Positions 29,114 to 38,316 of a DNA stretch of 64,000 nucleotides are shown piece after piece. The stretch spans positions 32,001 to 96,000 of the IMG/VR virus record IMGVR_UViG_3300036770_008166. One strand, 5' to 3'. Below the pieces are notes generated by a model. That model searched no databases, was not told the origin of the DNA, and saw only the letters and a list, made by a program, of their open reading frames with translations. Each line of letters opens with the position of its first letter. Position 1 is the first letter of the stretch. The DNA comes from a virus. The translations under genes were made by a program, and so were the position numbers.

Positions 29114-30506
29114 GATACTCACATTGTTGCCACCAGTCGCGCATTTCTGGAAACGTGGCAAGAAAATCTGTATTACGACGCCTATCGTGCTCAGAGAAAA
29201 ATCTGTAGAAATCGGCTCGGCACCGTTTGAGATATTGTGCGTCTAGTTTTGCTCCATCTCTCATCCAGGCAATGTCTCGTTCTAATCTTTGTATCTCGAA
29301 ATCTTTGAATCCTTGAAACGGGGCGTCAGGCCGTTCATGTTGACGTATCATCCAAGCCCAAAGGTGGTCCAGCCGATCTGCATAACTTTCTGGCAAGATC
29401 TGTAGGCTCTGCCATTCGGGCTTCCTCAGTACCGGAGTATCAAACCACACACGTTGATATGTTTGATTATAGGTGCGGCGGAGTCCTAGTATACCGGCAA
29501 ACAGTTTGTCTAGGCTGGTCACAGATAGATTGTTCATGGTCACGATAAAGGTCAGGCTATTTCTGTATGGTATCTCATTGAGAAACTGATTCACTCGATC
29601 CCATAAAAGTTCAAAATCCAAACCGTGCCGCATATACTCGGCTTGCAGGGCCCATCCGTCGATGCTGACATACTGCATAAAATGTTCAAGAATCGGTTGG
29701 TCACACAATCGCTTCACGTAGTCTTTGTAGCGTTGCCACAATTTCTCTTCCACAGAGAAATTGCTGGTCACACAGAGATGCAGATCAAGTTTAGGATTGG
29801 CCAGCACATAATCAAACACACGGTAGGTATTGCGATCCATGAGTGGTTCTCCGCCTGTCATGCGAAAGTGTGTTAGTTCAGGATACAGGTCGGGCCACCA
29901 ATCCCAGAAAGCTTCGACCCAGGGATTATGTTCACGAGCAGGAATAGGACGGCGGTCGCCTAGAAAATGATCTGGATGATTGTGCGGGGTGCTGGTAGGA
30001 TAAGCACCTAGGCGTTGAATTTCGTCTTGCCAGGTGGATGAAAATTGTGGACTACAATAGCTGCACCGGAGATTGCAAACATGATTGAAGTTGACTTCTA
30101 CATAGCTGGGTGTCACATCATTCTCATCTCCGGTGAAAGCAATGATCCGATCAAAATCTCGACTCGCCCAGGGTTCTCCTGATCTGTAATGACGATCACT
30201 CATCTGTCCAAGATCTTCCATGTTCCAACAGTATTGGCATTCAGCAGGACGCTGGCCCTCTAGCATCATCTTTCGCTGTAGTTTCTTGTGTGTGGTATTG
30301 TGCAAAGCGCTGGGACGACGCCCGATTTCGGTCACGGGTATACGGTGCAGAGGCGGATGATAGCAGGAATTGTTAAGACCGGTTGGGAGATGGAGACTGA
30401 CCTGCTTCCATTTGGCTAAACATAACGCAGATCCTAGTTTCTCTTTCATTACATGTGCAGCAGATAGAAAATCACTGGATTTTGTTGGCGAAGCAAGATC
30501 AGACAT
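29103..30506 (-). CDS. radical SAM enzyme with N-terminal Cys/His domain (subtype B)
   Basis: CLAKW...SCYHPP...CQYCW, then CNLRCSYC, GGEP. Confidence 0.9.
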   Translation of the reverse strand: MSDLASPTKSSDFLSAAHVMKEKLGSALCLAKWKQVSLHLPTGLNNSCYHPPLHRIPVTEIGRRPSALHNTTHKKLQRKMMLEGQRPAECQYCWNMEDLGQMSDRHYRSGEPWASRDFDRIIAFTGDENDVTPSYVEVNFNHVCNLRCSYCSPQFSSTWQDEIQRLGAYPTSTPHNHPDHFLGDRRPIPAREHNPWVEAFWDWWPDLYPELTHFRMTGGEPLMDRNTYRVFDYVLANPKLDLHLCVTSNFSVEEKLWQRYKDYVKRLCDQPILEHFMQYVSIDGWALQAEYMRHGLDFELLWDRVNQFLNEIPYRNSLTFIVTMNNLSVTSLDKLFAGILGLRRTYNQTYQRVWFDTPVLRKPEWQSLQILPESYADRLDHLWAWMIRQHERPDAPFQGFKDFEIQRLERDIAWMRDGAKLDAQYLKRCRADFYRFFSEHDRRRNTDFLATFPEMRDWWQQCEYHAR

Positions 30507-31680
30507 AGGCTTTACCCATCTCTTGATTTATTAAAGCATTCCATGTTCGGTAGATTTGGTTAGGTATTTGTTTGCATATTTCATCCATTTTCAGACAATT
30601 GTTTGCAAATCTGTCTTTTTTTGCTTGCCACAATTTGTCAAGATCTGTGGAACCATCCAGCAAGTGCAAGTTATCATCCAACGCCTTCAATAACCTAACG
30701 CCCGGATCCTTGATTCGATCGTACTCATGATTGATCACATCATCAAACGTATCTATTCCGAGATCCCGCAAATATTGCACCGTCCCTGTGCAGTTAATAT
30801 GGATTAAAAAATTACATCCATAAACGGCCTGCAATTCTTTTTCCGTGACAAACAACCCCGGTTCACCAAACAGCGTGCCTGTCACTATTTCTAATCTGGT
30901 TTGCTGTCGGATCGGCGCTAAATGTTTTTCTCCGTTGATTCTAACGGCATCGGTCAATCGAATGTTGTCGAAGATTGCAGAATCCCCAAACGGTGGAAGT
31001 CGTGACCTGTTGAACGAATTTTGAATCAAACGCTGATACCCTTGATCTAGATATTCATAGACATCTCGGTCCCATGTGTATGTGAGAAAATTATATATGT
31101 GTTCGAATTGTTGGCATCTTTTTACGAAGACATCGCTGGCGGTAATAAAAGCCATACGGTCCAGTTGTCTGGCTAACAAATATGATAAAACTCCTACACG
31201 ATGCCACCAGATGTCGTTGTTGCACATCACATAGGAATATTGATTTGGCATTTTGTCGCAGGCGTACATAGGTACGGACTTTCTTGCAAGGCCATTCCAC
31301 CAATAAGGGCCTGCTACTACCTTGAGATTATTGACATCAACCATGGCCTGCGTGATGAGATGTTCCGTAAGCAGCAAAAAAGTTTTATCCGGATTCGCGC
31401 TACAGATCTTTTCAAGTTCCAAAAGACCGAGAGGTTTTGAATCCTGATACCAATTATATTCACGATCGATACACAATGCATCACTGGTGATAAGGATCAC
31501 GATTGGTTTGCAGAAAGCCTGTCTGCACAAATTCGGCCAGACATCTGTGCCTGGACCGTGATGCACAGCATAACACTCAGCTTTTGTCCAGTCTACCCCT
31601 GCCAGCAATAAGTCAATGTCCAATGAGTCCTCGATCGTGGACATCACCGCACTATCAATATAAGTGCAATCTATTTTCAT
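30499..31680 (-). CDS. GT10-like putative glycosyltransferase, paralogue 5 (divergent)
   Basis: IVTGTLF...VTEKELQAV...LRDLGIDTFDD...YD; the usual Glu in VxxET is replaced by Gly. Confidence 0.5.
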   Translation of the reverse strand: MKIDCTYIDSAVMSTIEDSLDIDLLLAGVDWTKAECYAVHHGPGTDVWPNLCRQAFCKPIVILITSDALCIDREYNWYQDSKPLGLLELEKICSANPDKTFLLLTEHLITQAMVDVNNLKVVAGPYWWNGLARKSVPMYACDKMPNQYSYVMCNNDIWWHRVGVLSYLLARQLDRMAFITASDVFVKRCQQFEHIYNFLTYTWDRDVYEYLDQGYQRLIQNSFNRSRLPPFGDSAIFDNIRLTDAVRINGEKHLAPIRQQTRLEIVTGTLFGEPGLFVTEKELQAVYGCNFLIHINCTGTVQYLRDLGIDTFDDVINHEYDRIKDPGVRLLKALDDNLHLLDGSTDLDKLWQAKKDRFANNCLKMDEICKQIPNQIYRTWNALINQEMGKAYV

Positions 31681-31681
31681 A

Positions 31682-32722
31682 TCAACAAAAAATCTCTCTT
31701 AGTTTTTCATACCTCAATTGCATAAAAATCTCATAATTATGCTCCAGCACAGATTGCATATCATTTAAAATGACACGACATTTTTCATGATTCCAATCTG
31801 CAATTTCATCCAAGAGCTCAACTATCATCTTGATCCTGGTTTGATCCGTCTGTCCATCATAATCTTCAGACCACCACCGACCAAAAGTCTGGAATCCCAA
31901 TTTTCGTAAATGATACAAATAACTACCTGTACCTAGCACTATGAAAGGACGACGCGCAATGATGCAGCGCCAGAGTTTTTCTGTGACTAAAAAATTATTG
32001 CCAGAAACATTGGGTTCAGTCACTATATCCACAAAAATATCGTAATAGAAATTGATCAGATTTAGATTGGCCGGTACCTGTATTGGATAATAACTACCGG
32101 GATGTTGGAAAATAGATTGGCTGGTGTCTGCATGCTTGAGAAAATCTAGATCGATGGTGCGAGGACAGTTTGTCAAAAACGCAGCGCATTCTGGTATTAT
32201 ATCACAATCACGTTGAAAAAGATCATCTAACCCCACATATCCGTTGCGGTTGTAGTTTTCTCTTTGCCTATCGTAATGATATGTCTGCAAGGTGCGATCT
32301 CGATGTCGCAGATCGAGATAGGTAGCAATCCATAATCGAGCCCAGGTGGTGCGACTCACGAAACAACCAAAATGTCGTGTAGGATTGTCGCCTGTGTCTA
32401 CACTGTTGGAGCGATGCCAATCCTGCACTTGTTGGACTTCATACCAGTAGTCTGGACATCGCACTACACGATAATCGGAATGAGCTTCTAGCATGTTGGC
32501 GGTTTGTATCGTCACGCGAGTCCGGTCAAAAGCCAGTCGGTCACAAAATTCGTCCAACATCCTGTAAAGGCCAAGTTGTTCTGCACAGCTGCCTTCGGGA
32601 TAAAAATCTATCACAACGTCACGATCCTCTTGGGCAGCTTGACACAATGTAGCAGTCAATCTATCTTTGCGATAAATTTTGCGGTCTTGTGTTTGAACAG
32701 ATATCGTCAATGGCTTATTCAT
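31682..32722 (-). CDS. GT10-like putative glycosyltransferase, paralogue 6
   Basis: IVTEP...VTEKLWRCI...PF...GFQTF...EDYD...HN. Confidence 0.6.
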   Translation of the reverse strand: MNKPLTISVQTQDRKIYRKDRLTATLCQAAQEDRDVVIDFYPEGSCAEQLGLYRMLDEFCDRLAFDRTRVTIQTANMLEAHSDYRVVRCPDYWYEVQQVQDWHRSNSVDTGDNPTRHFGCFVSRTTWARLWIATYLDLRHRDRTLQTYHYDRQRENYNRNGYVGLDDLFQRDCDIIPECAAFLTNCPRTIDLDFLKHADTSQSIFQHPGSYYPIQVPANLNLINFYYDIFVDIVTEPNVSGNNFLVTEKLWRCIIARRPFIVLGTGSYLYHLRKLGFQTFGRWWSEDYDGQTDQTRIKMIVELLDEIADWNHEKCRVILNDMQSVLEHNYEIFMQLRYEKLREIFC

Positions 32723-33570
32723 ATTTTGGTCTTTTGTCGTTTGACATTGGCCAGATGTTGAATTCGCGACGCGAGGTCTCGACTACTGGGACACTGTCTG
32801 CATACAGCATCAGGGCGACCGAAATTGCTCAGGAATTGATCTAGATCTTGATCACTGCAATCCGGAGCGATGCCATCTCTGAGAAAAGGCTGCCACAGTT
32901 CCGCATTGGGCATGCCAAATTTGATCAATATGTCTTTCAATAGTCCCACGGTGCTACATTTGTACACACGACCTTGATAGAGCAAAGGACAAGTTTGCTG
33001 GCAACATACCTCAAACGCGGCTTTGGGCTCGTTGTCATGTGGTCGCATGTTGATATAAGAACCTTGGAAAGTCTTCCAAAATACATCAGGCCTGCTGACC
33101 TGGAATCTGAATCTATTGCCAGTTTCGAACCTATCGATACCGTATTCTTTGACAGGCCGCCAGTTGAACCTGTTCATGATGTACTGGATGGTGTTTTCTA
33201 AGGCCTGGTCATTGACATGAACACCGATCTTGAACACTATGTTGCCCACATCTGCTGCCAAATCCACAATGTCGAGATTGCGTTCTAAAAGCAATCCATT
33301 GGTTGTGAAACGTATCTGAGCTGTTGGCATCAAAGACCGGATTCCCTGTATCCACTGTCGGATTTCGGGATTGAGCAAGGGTTCGCCACCCAAGATACCA
33401 AAATCTGGTATGTCTACTCTGACCAACCAGGCCTGTATCTCTTTCTGGGCTTGTGACCATGGAATCCATCCTTTGTGCGCCACATCGCTGTAGTTGGTAC
33501 AACCTGAGCATGCAAGATTACAAGACTGGGTAGCCATCATTTCTACAAATGGCAGCAAGGGTAGATTCAT
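32719..33570 (-). CDS. short radical SAM enzyme with C-terminal Cys-rich region
   Basis: CNLACSGC near the N-terminus, GGEP, TTNG; C-terminal CCQQTC...YKC...CRQC. Confidence 0.88.
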   Translation of the reverse strand: MNLPLLPFVEMMATQSCNLACSGCTNYSDVAHKGWIPWSQAQKEIQAWLVRVDIPDFGILGGEPLLNPEIRQWIQGIRSLMPTAQIRFTTNGLLLERNLDIVDLAADVGNIVFKIGVHVNDQALENTIQYIMNRFNWRPVKEYGIDRFETGNRFRFQVSRPDVFWKTFQGSYINMRPHDNEPKAAFEVCCQQTCPLLYQGRVYKCSTVGLLKDILIKFGMPNAELWQPFLRDGIAPDCSDQDLDQFLSNFGRPDAVCRQCPSSRDLASRIQHLANVKRQKTKI

Positions 33571-33577
33571 CTCGAGC

Positions 33578-34588
33578 TCAAAACAATTGTTGGGTCCATG
33601 CCGCCGGAGTTTTATTTGATCTGATTTCTATCGGCAAATGATACACAAAAGGTTTGCTCCCTTTTTTCTTGATATAATCTACCAACTTTATTAATGAATT
33701 ACGAATCGGCACAGTTTCCTTATAGCCAAAATACTGTCTAATTTTGTCGGAAGAACATACCGCATGTTTTACTTCCTGGGGGCGTGGTGCTACAAAAATG
33801 GGATCCAGGTCGATTCCGATAATTTCCGCCAACAGGGTTGCCAAGTCCATTATGGTGATAGGATCTCTGTCTGGACCAATGTTAAAAGTCTGGTTGATAG
33901 ACATTTCATCAGTCGCCAATCGCCCCAGACAATCTACGGCGTCTGCTATGTCAGTAAAACATCTGGTTTGCGATCCATCGCCATAGATTATGGGTTGGCG
34001 ACCTTGCAACATGAGATTGGTCATTATGCTGGCCACATTGCGGAAAGGATCATCATATTTTTGCCTGGGACCAATGATGTTGTGCGGTACTGCGATCACC
34101 AGATCAAGACCGTGTATGGTTGATAGATTTTGTAACAAAAGTTCAGAGCTGTATTTGGCTATACCATATGGATCTTGCGGACGACACATCATGTGTTCTT
34201 GAAAAGGCTGGCCATCAAAGTTGCCATATCTAGCCATGCTGGAACAATGCACGAACCTTGTCACTCCGGCCATGATCGCAGCAGTAAAAGCATTCACCGA
34301 AATTTGCACTGTATTTTCCACGATCAAACTAGGTGAAAACACAGACAATCCTTCGTACGCTGTACACGCAGTATGATAGACAATGTCACAGTCATGCATC
34401 AACTTATCGAGACCTGACAGAGATCTGAGATCGTGGTCATAAAATTCCACGTCATCGCTTACATTAGATCTATATCCGCCCAGCAGGTTATCACAACCGG
34501 TTACCTGATGTCCTTGTTGCAAAAAGTGATCCGCAAGATGACTGCCTACAAATCCGGCTACACCCGTAATAAAAATTTTCTTGGTCAT
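33578..34588 (-). CDS. NAD-dependent nucleotide-sugar epimerase/dehydratase (extended SDR)
   Basis: TGVAGFVG, SSMARYG, YGIAK, GDGSQTRCF. Confidence 0.92.
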   Translation of the reverse strand: MTKKIFITGVAGFVGSHLADHFLQQGHQVTGCDNLLGGYRSNVSDDVEFYDHDLRSLSGLDKLMHDCDIVYHTACTAYEGLSVFSPSLIVENTVQISVNAFTAAIMAGVTRFVHCSSMARYGNFDGQPFQEHMMCRPQDPYGIAKYSSELLLQNLSTIHGLDLVIAVPHNIIGPRQKYDDPFRNVASIMTNLMLQGRQPIIYGDGSQTRCFTDIADAVDCLGRLATDEMSINQTFNIGPDRDPITIMDLATLLAEIIGIDLDPIFVAPRPQEVKHAVCSSDKIRQYFGYKETVPIRNSLIKLVDYIKKKGSKPFVYHLPIEIRSNKTPAAWTQQLF

Positions 34589-35541
34589 GTACCTATTTCT
34601 AAGATCTGTAAGTTGTAGTCAAAGTTCTTGGCTACCATGTAGTTATGTTCCAACTGGAATCGCATGCACATATACAATTCTTCCAGTTCTTCACGAGATT
34701 TCGAGGCCAACCAATCTATCAAATTTAGGATTTTGATATATCTGTCGCCTTCTGCAAATCCATCATAGTCTTCGTTCCAAAATTCATTGAATGTATAAAA
34801 TCCCAACTGTCTTACATATTCTAGATAATTTTCCGAAGCCATCGCTATAAACGGTTTTTTCATCAGAATAGGTCGCACCAATTTTTCGGTAGGAAAAAAC
34901 GTTCGCCCCTTGATATTGGGTTCGCTAATGATGTCAACAAAAATGTTGGCATACAATTGTAAAAGACCTTTATCGTAGGTAAAGAGATGTCCGTGAGGTT
35001 GATAACCTAGATTTTTTGGTTCGTGCATGTCGATCCAGTTAGCTAGATAGGTCAAGCTGTCGGGGTCATATACAAACAATTTATTGACTTCGCATAGCGC
35101 ACGCTGATCTGGATCGCGGAAATCTACAGGAAATATTATTTCAGAATCGGCTCTATATTGATTGCACAGATAGGCTGCAATGCCTAATCTGTTGGCCGTT
35201 GGGCGGCCAAAAAAAGCTCCAAATATCTTGGTTTGATTCCATACACCCGACGTGTTGAGATCGTATTTTTCAATGTCCAGAAAAAATCTACCTACATTGA
35301 CTTTTGATATACCATATCGATCATGCGCTTCCAATTGATTATGTGTCATGATTTGCACTGAGGTGAAGTTGAATTTATCAAGTATGTCATAGAATCCTGA
35401 CGCTCTAAGACAGTGTGCTTCTGGGTTGACTATGATACAGATATCACTGCCTTGATTGTCATTCAAGAACGCAATCAGATCTGGGATGTTCCACAGCATA
35501 TCATTGGTTACTGTGACAGTGAATTCTTTGTGATCTACCAC
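34585..35541 (-). CDS. GT10-like putative glycosyltransferase, paralogue 7
   Basis: IISEP...PTEKLVRPI...PF...GFYTF...EDYD...HN; N-terminal PEA.C motif shared with paralogue 6. Confidence 0.6.
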   Translation of the reverse strand: MVDHKEFTVTVTNDMLWNIPDLIAFLNDNQGSDICIIVNPEAHCLRASGFYDILDKFNFTSVQIMTHNQLEAHDRYGISKVNVGRFFLDIEKYDLNTSGVWNQTKIFGAFFGRPTANRLGIAAYLCNQYRADSEIIFPVDFRDPDQRALCEVNKLFVYDPDSLTYLANWIDMHEPKNLGYQPHGHLFTYDKGLLQLYANIFVDIISEPNIKGRTFFPTEKLVRPILMKKPFIAMASENYLEYVRQLGFYTFNEFWNEDYDGFAEGDRYIKILNLIDWLASKSREELEELYMCMRFQLEHNYMVAKNFDYNLQILEIGT

Positions 35542-36461
35542 CCCTCTTGTCTCCGTATCACATCAATCTCTCTTACCATGATACCTTGATTTTGCCAGTT
35601 TGAGCGATAGTGGCGCTTGAAAAAAGCACTCTGTTCGGCCTCCAACATGGCTACTGGAAGGTCCAGCTGATCATGCAATTCGACGCCGATCTTGCCGGCC
35701 ATGACTCTGGGGTCCGACGTTTCCACCGTGGTCCATAGAGCCTGCAAAGAATCAAAATCCTGCACTTCACGATGATCCCAATTGGTCAACATGGTCATGT
35801 AGGTACCTTGACGAGCTCCGGCTATGGCCCAGATGCCATGCTCCACGTCAGTACCTACGTTATGCCATATGGTGAGATGATCAAGATTGCGTTGGTGCAC
35901 GCGGTCTCGGAATTCTGCTGCAGAAGGTCGTCGACCTTGGTCTAGGCACATCTTGACACCCTCTCGGAATCCGGCACGCCAGGCCTGGAAGGCGGATCCA
36001 TTGGGATAAGTCACTGACCAACAGTCGTGCATGGCCCAATAAAGCGGATCGAAACAGAATTCTACCTGTGTGGCATCCGATCCGTCCGTGTTTTCGTGGG
36101 TGGTCATGTTGGCAACAAAGGTACGAGTCCATGAGCTGAGGCCGCCATTGCCATACATGAGGCCATTGATGGTGTTGTAAGCTCTCCAACGCAGCACAGC
36201 AGATTCCCAGGTCACATCTGGAAACTCTAGCACCTGATTGAAAAACACCGGATCTGGCAGGTTGTCCCCATCAATCAAGATAAAACGCTCTGTGGCACTG
36301 GCCTCGCCGGCTGCCTTGTGTGCTGCATCTGATCCTTTGATGCCATGCACTCTCTGAGCCCAAGGTACCATGTTCCGGATGGTGATCCAGAACTCTTCAC
36401 ACTGAGGCTCATCATAGGTCAGATAGATACAGTCTAAATCTGCCACGTCAATCTTGGTCAT
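35535..36461 (-). CDS. putative GT-A fold glycosyltransferase
   Basis: YLTYDEP, GIKGSDAAHKAA, FILIDGDN (DxD), YGNGG, AWRAGFREGVKM. Confidence 0.6.
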   Translation of the reverse strand: MTKIDVADLDCIYLTYDEPQCEEFWITIRNMVPWAQRVHGIKGSDAAHKAAGEASATERFILIDGDNLPDPVFFNQVLEFPDVTWESAVLRWRAYNTINGLMYGNGGLSSWTRTFVANMTTHENTDGSDATQVEFCFDPLYWAMHDCWSVTYPNGSAFQAWRAGFREGVKMCLDQGRRPSAAEFRDRVHQRNLDHLTIWHNVGTDVEHGIWAIAGARQGTYMTMLTNWDHREVQDFDSLQALWTTVETSDPRVMAGKIGVELHDQLDLPVAMLEAEQSAFFKRHYRSNWQNQGIMVREIDVIRRQEGW

Positions 36462-36783
36462 AGGTTTTCATGCTCCACTTTTGTACGTCGCCATGCGATC
36501 TCACGATCATGACATCGTAAACATCACAACTTGTGCCCTGTTCGCTTGGCACCAGTTTGGCGGGTTGTAGCCAAGGATGATACTGGTGCAGCCGTCCGTC
36601 TCTTACTCGAATCCATTTGCTGCCACGTGCATAGGTGGCTTGATCGATGTCTATGTATGTACCAGGCAGATCCTCCATGCTGTAGCATATGAGTCGACCA
36701 CGGTCATCGTGATACAATCGATAAAACACAGGCTGAGCCGTGGGTGCTGCATGCAGGATCTGCCAAAATTCTTCGGGGGTCAT
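36448..36783 (-). CDS. hypothetical protein
   Basis: 111 aa from ATG 36783, which overlaps the upstream stop (ATGA). Confidence 0.7.
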   Translation of the reverse strand: MTPEEFWQILHAAPTAQPVFYRLYHDDRGRLICYSMEDLPGTYIDIDQATYARGSKWIRVRDGRLHQYHPWLQPAKLVPSEQGTSCDVYDVMIVRSHGDVQKWSMKTYDQD

Positions 36784-37544
36784 GGTAGCCAGTTCTTTTC
36801 GTGGTAGTGAAAAGCGCCCCATTGCACCACGGTATCAATGCGCAGTCGTCCGTTATCATGTTCCCATACCAGATTTTTTGACCAAGGTCCCACGGTACCA
36901 GCAGTGCGAGGTTTCATATGCACTATCTGCGGATACGAAGCAAAAGGCATGGTCACACGTTCCGGACCCATGACAGCTGCAGCTATGGCGTAGACCAGGT
37001 CGGTGCTGGCCTGATCTTCCGCGAATCGCAGGAGTTGTTTTACCTGTGGCCAAGTCTGGAATATCTGCCGTACCAGATCAAAAAATTCTTTGGCTGTGGC
37101 AGACAGGCGCCAATAGGTCACAGCATTGTACACATCTGGCAAGTGGTTTTCACGGAAACATCTACGATACGGAGAATTCGTTACTAGCTGATCGTGCCAA
37201 TCTCGGCATCCTGTGCTGATCACTAGATCACGATGCCGGAGCATGTTCCACCAATGATCTATGGCGCTGACAATCAGCATGTCAGCTTCCAGCTTGATGG
37301 TCTCGCGGAAAGGTGTGTGTCGGAATACAGCAGCATCATTGGCATAGGCCGTGGCGGCTGGATCTATCAGGCGCACATGATCAAATTCAGGCGCCGACAC
37401 TATCTGGTCTGTGATCAGACAGGTCCGGGCTGCTGGGTGCCACGATTTCAAACTGGCAAACAGGCGCTGTGCCATGGACACATAGTCCGCGGTGTCGGTG
37501 TTCACTGCCACACACACATATCCCTGCTCTTCAATGGGCCGCAA
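36780..37544 (-). CDS. GT8-like GT-A fold protein (ExD variant)
   Basis: TPFRETIKLEADML, H.K near the C-terminus; TTG start at 37544 after GGAGA SD. Confidence 0.6.
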   Translation of the reverse strand: MRPIEEQGYVCVAVNTDTADYVSMAQRLFASLKSWHPAARTCLITDQIVSAPEFDHVRLIDPAATAYANDAAVFRHTPFRETIKLEADMLIVSAIDHWWNMLRHRDLVISTGCRDWHDQLVTNSPYRRCFRENHLPDVYNAVTYWRLSATAKEFFDLVRQIFQTWPQVKQLLRFAEDQASTDLVYAIAAAVMGPERVTMPFASYPQIVHMKPRTAGTVGPWSKNLVWEHDNGRLRIDTVVQWGAFHYHEKNWLP

Positions 37545-38316
37545 CGATGTCTCCCAGCTGGCGCTTGCACATGGCATGGAAATCTTGATCCTGCAGCGAG
37601 CATCGGCGCGGACGGTCCGCTGGACCATATTGCACAATAAATTGGTCCTGATCTTGTTGCACGAGTTTGTGTTCAGGCAACACATTTATCATGGCACACA
37701 CTCGAGGCATCACAGGATCTACATGCCCGTTGACCAAAGGCAGTGCCATGCTGAGTGCATAATCATTTCGATACAGGGGCGAGTCTACGTGGAAAAGATC
37801 TCGATAGTGCTGCCAGTTATCGCGTATCATGCGCATGCTGTCAAATATGAATCGAGCTTGATTGTCACGATTGAACGCTACCACCGTGGCCCAGTATTGG
37901 GGGTGGTGATGCCGGCCAAATGTGTTCCAACTGTGAGAACCACCTGCAGCGATGGCATGTCGGAAACACCACAATCTGTCATGATCCATGATGACTCTCA
38001 GTGCATCGCTGGCGATAACATAGTCAGCATCCAACAACAGTGTACGATCATAAGGAGAAAGATCAAACGCATCACAGCGATCACGATTGTGCCAGGGCAC
38101 TGTATGACCTAGATCTTCGAACCATCTGTCACGATGGCCCGACGGCGCTGCTATCTTGATTACCCGATCAAATACTGCGTCATTGACATCTTGATCGGTA
38201 ATCAGCGTGGTAGGCAGATCCAAGTGCCTGAGGATGCGCTGTGCGCTCCAGGCCGCCATGGCCACATAGTCCAAGGCGCCGGCTCCTACAGCGAAAATCA
38301 CTGCGCCCTGTGTCAT
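37531..38316 (-). CDS. GT8-like GT-A fold glycosyltransferase
   Basis: SPYDRTLLLDADY (DxD), RNDYALS, HAMCK. Confidence 0.65.
   Translation of the reverse strand: MTQGAVIFAVGAGALDYVAMAAWSAQRILRHLDLPTTLITDQDVNDAVFDRVIKIAAPSGHRDRWFEDLGHTVPWHNRDRCDAFDLSPYDRTLLLDADYVIASDALRVIMDHDRLWCFRHAIAAGGSHSWNTFGRHHHPQYWATVVAFNRDNQARFIFDSMRMIRDNWQHYRDLFHVDSPLYRNDYALSMALPLVNGHVDPVMPRVCAMINVLPEHKLVQQDQDQFIVQYGPADRPRRCSLQDQDFHAMCKRQLGDIVAAH

Noticed and set aside
22932-33570. Radical SAM array read as a RiPP or 7-deazaguanine (QueE) pathway
   Set aside because: No RRE, peptidase, convincing precursor, or queC/queD/folE/dpdA genes recognised; the context is dominated by sugar enzymes. Not excluded, but less supported.
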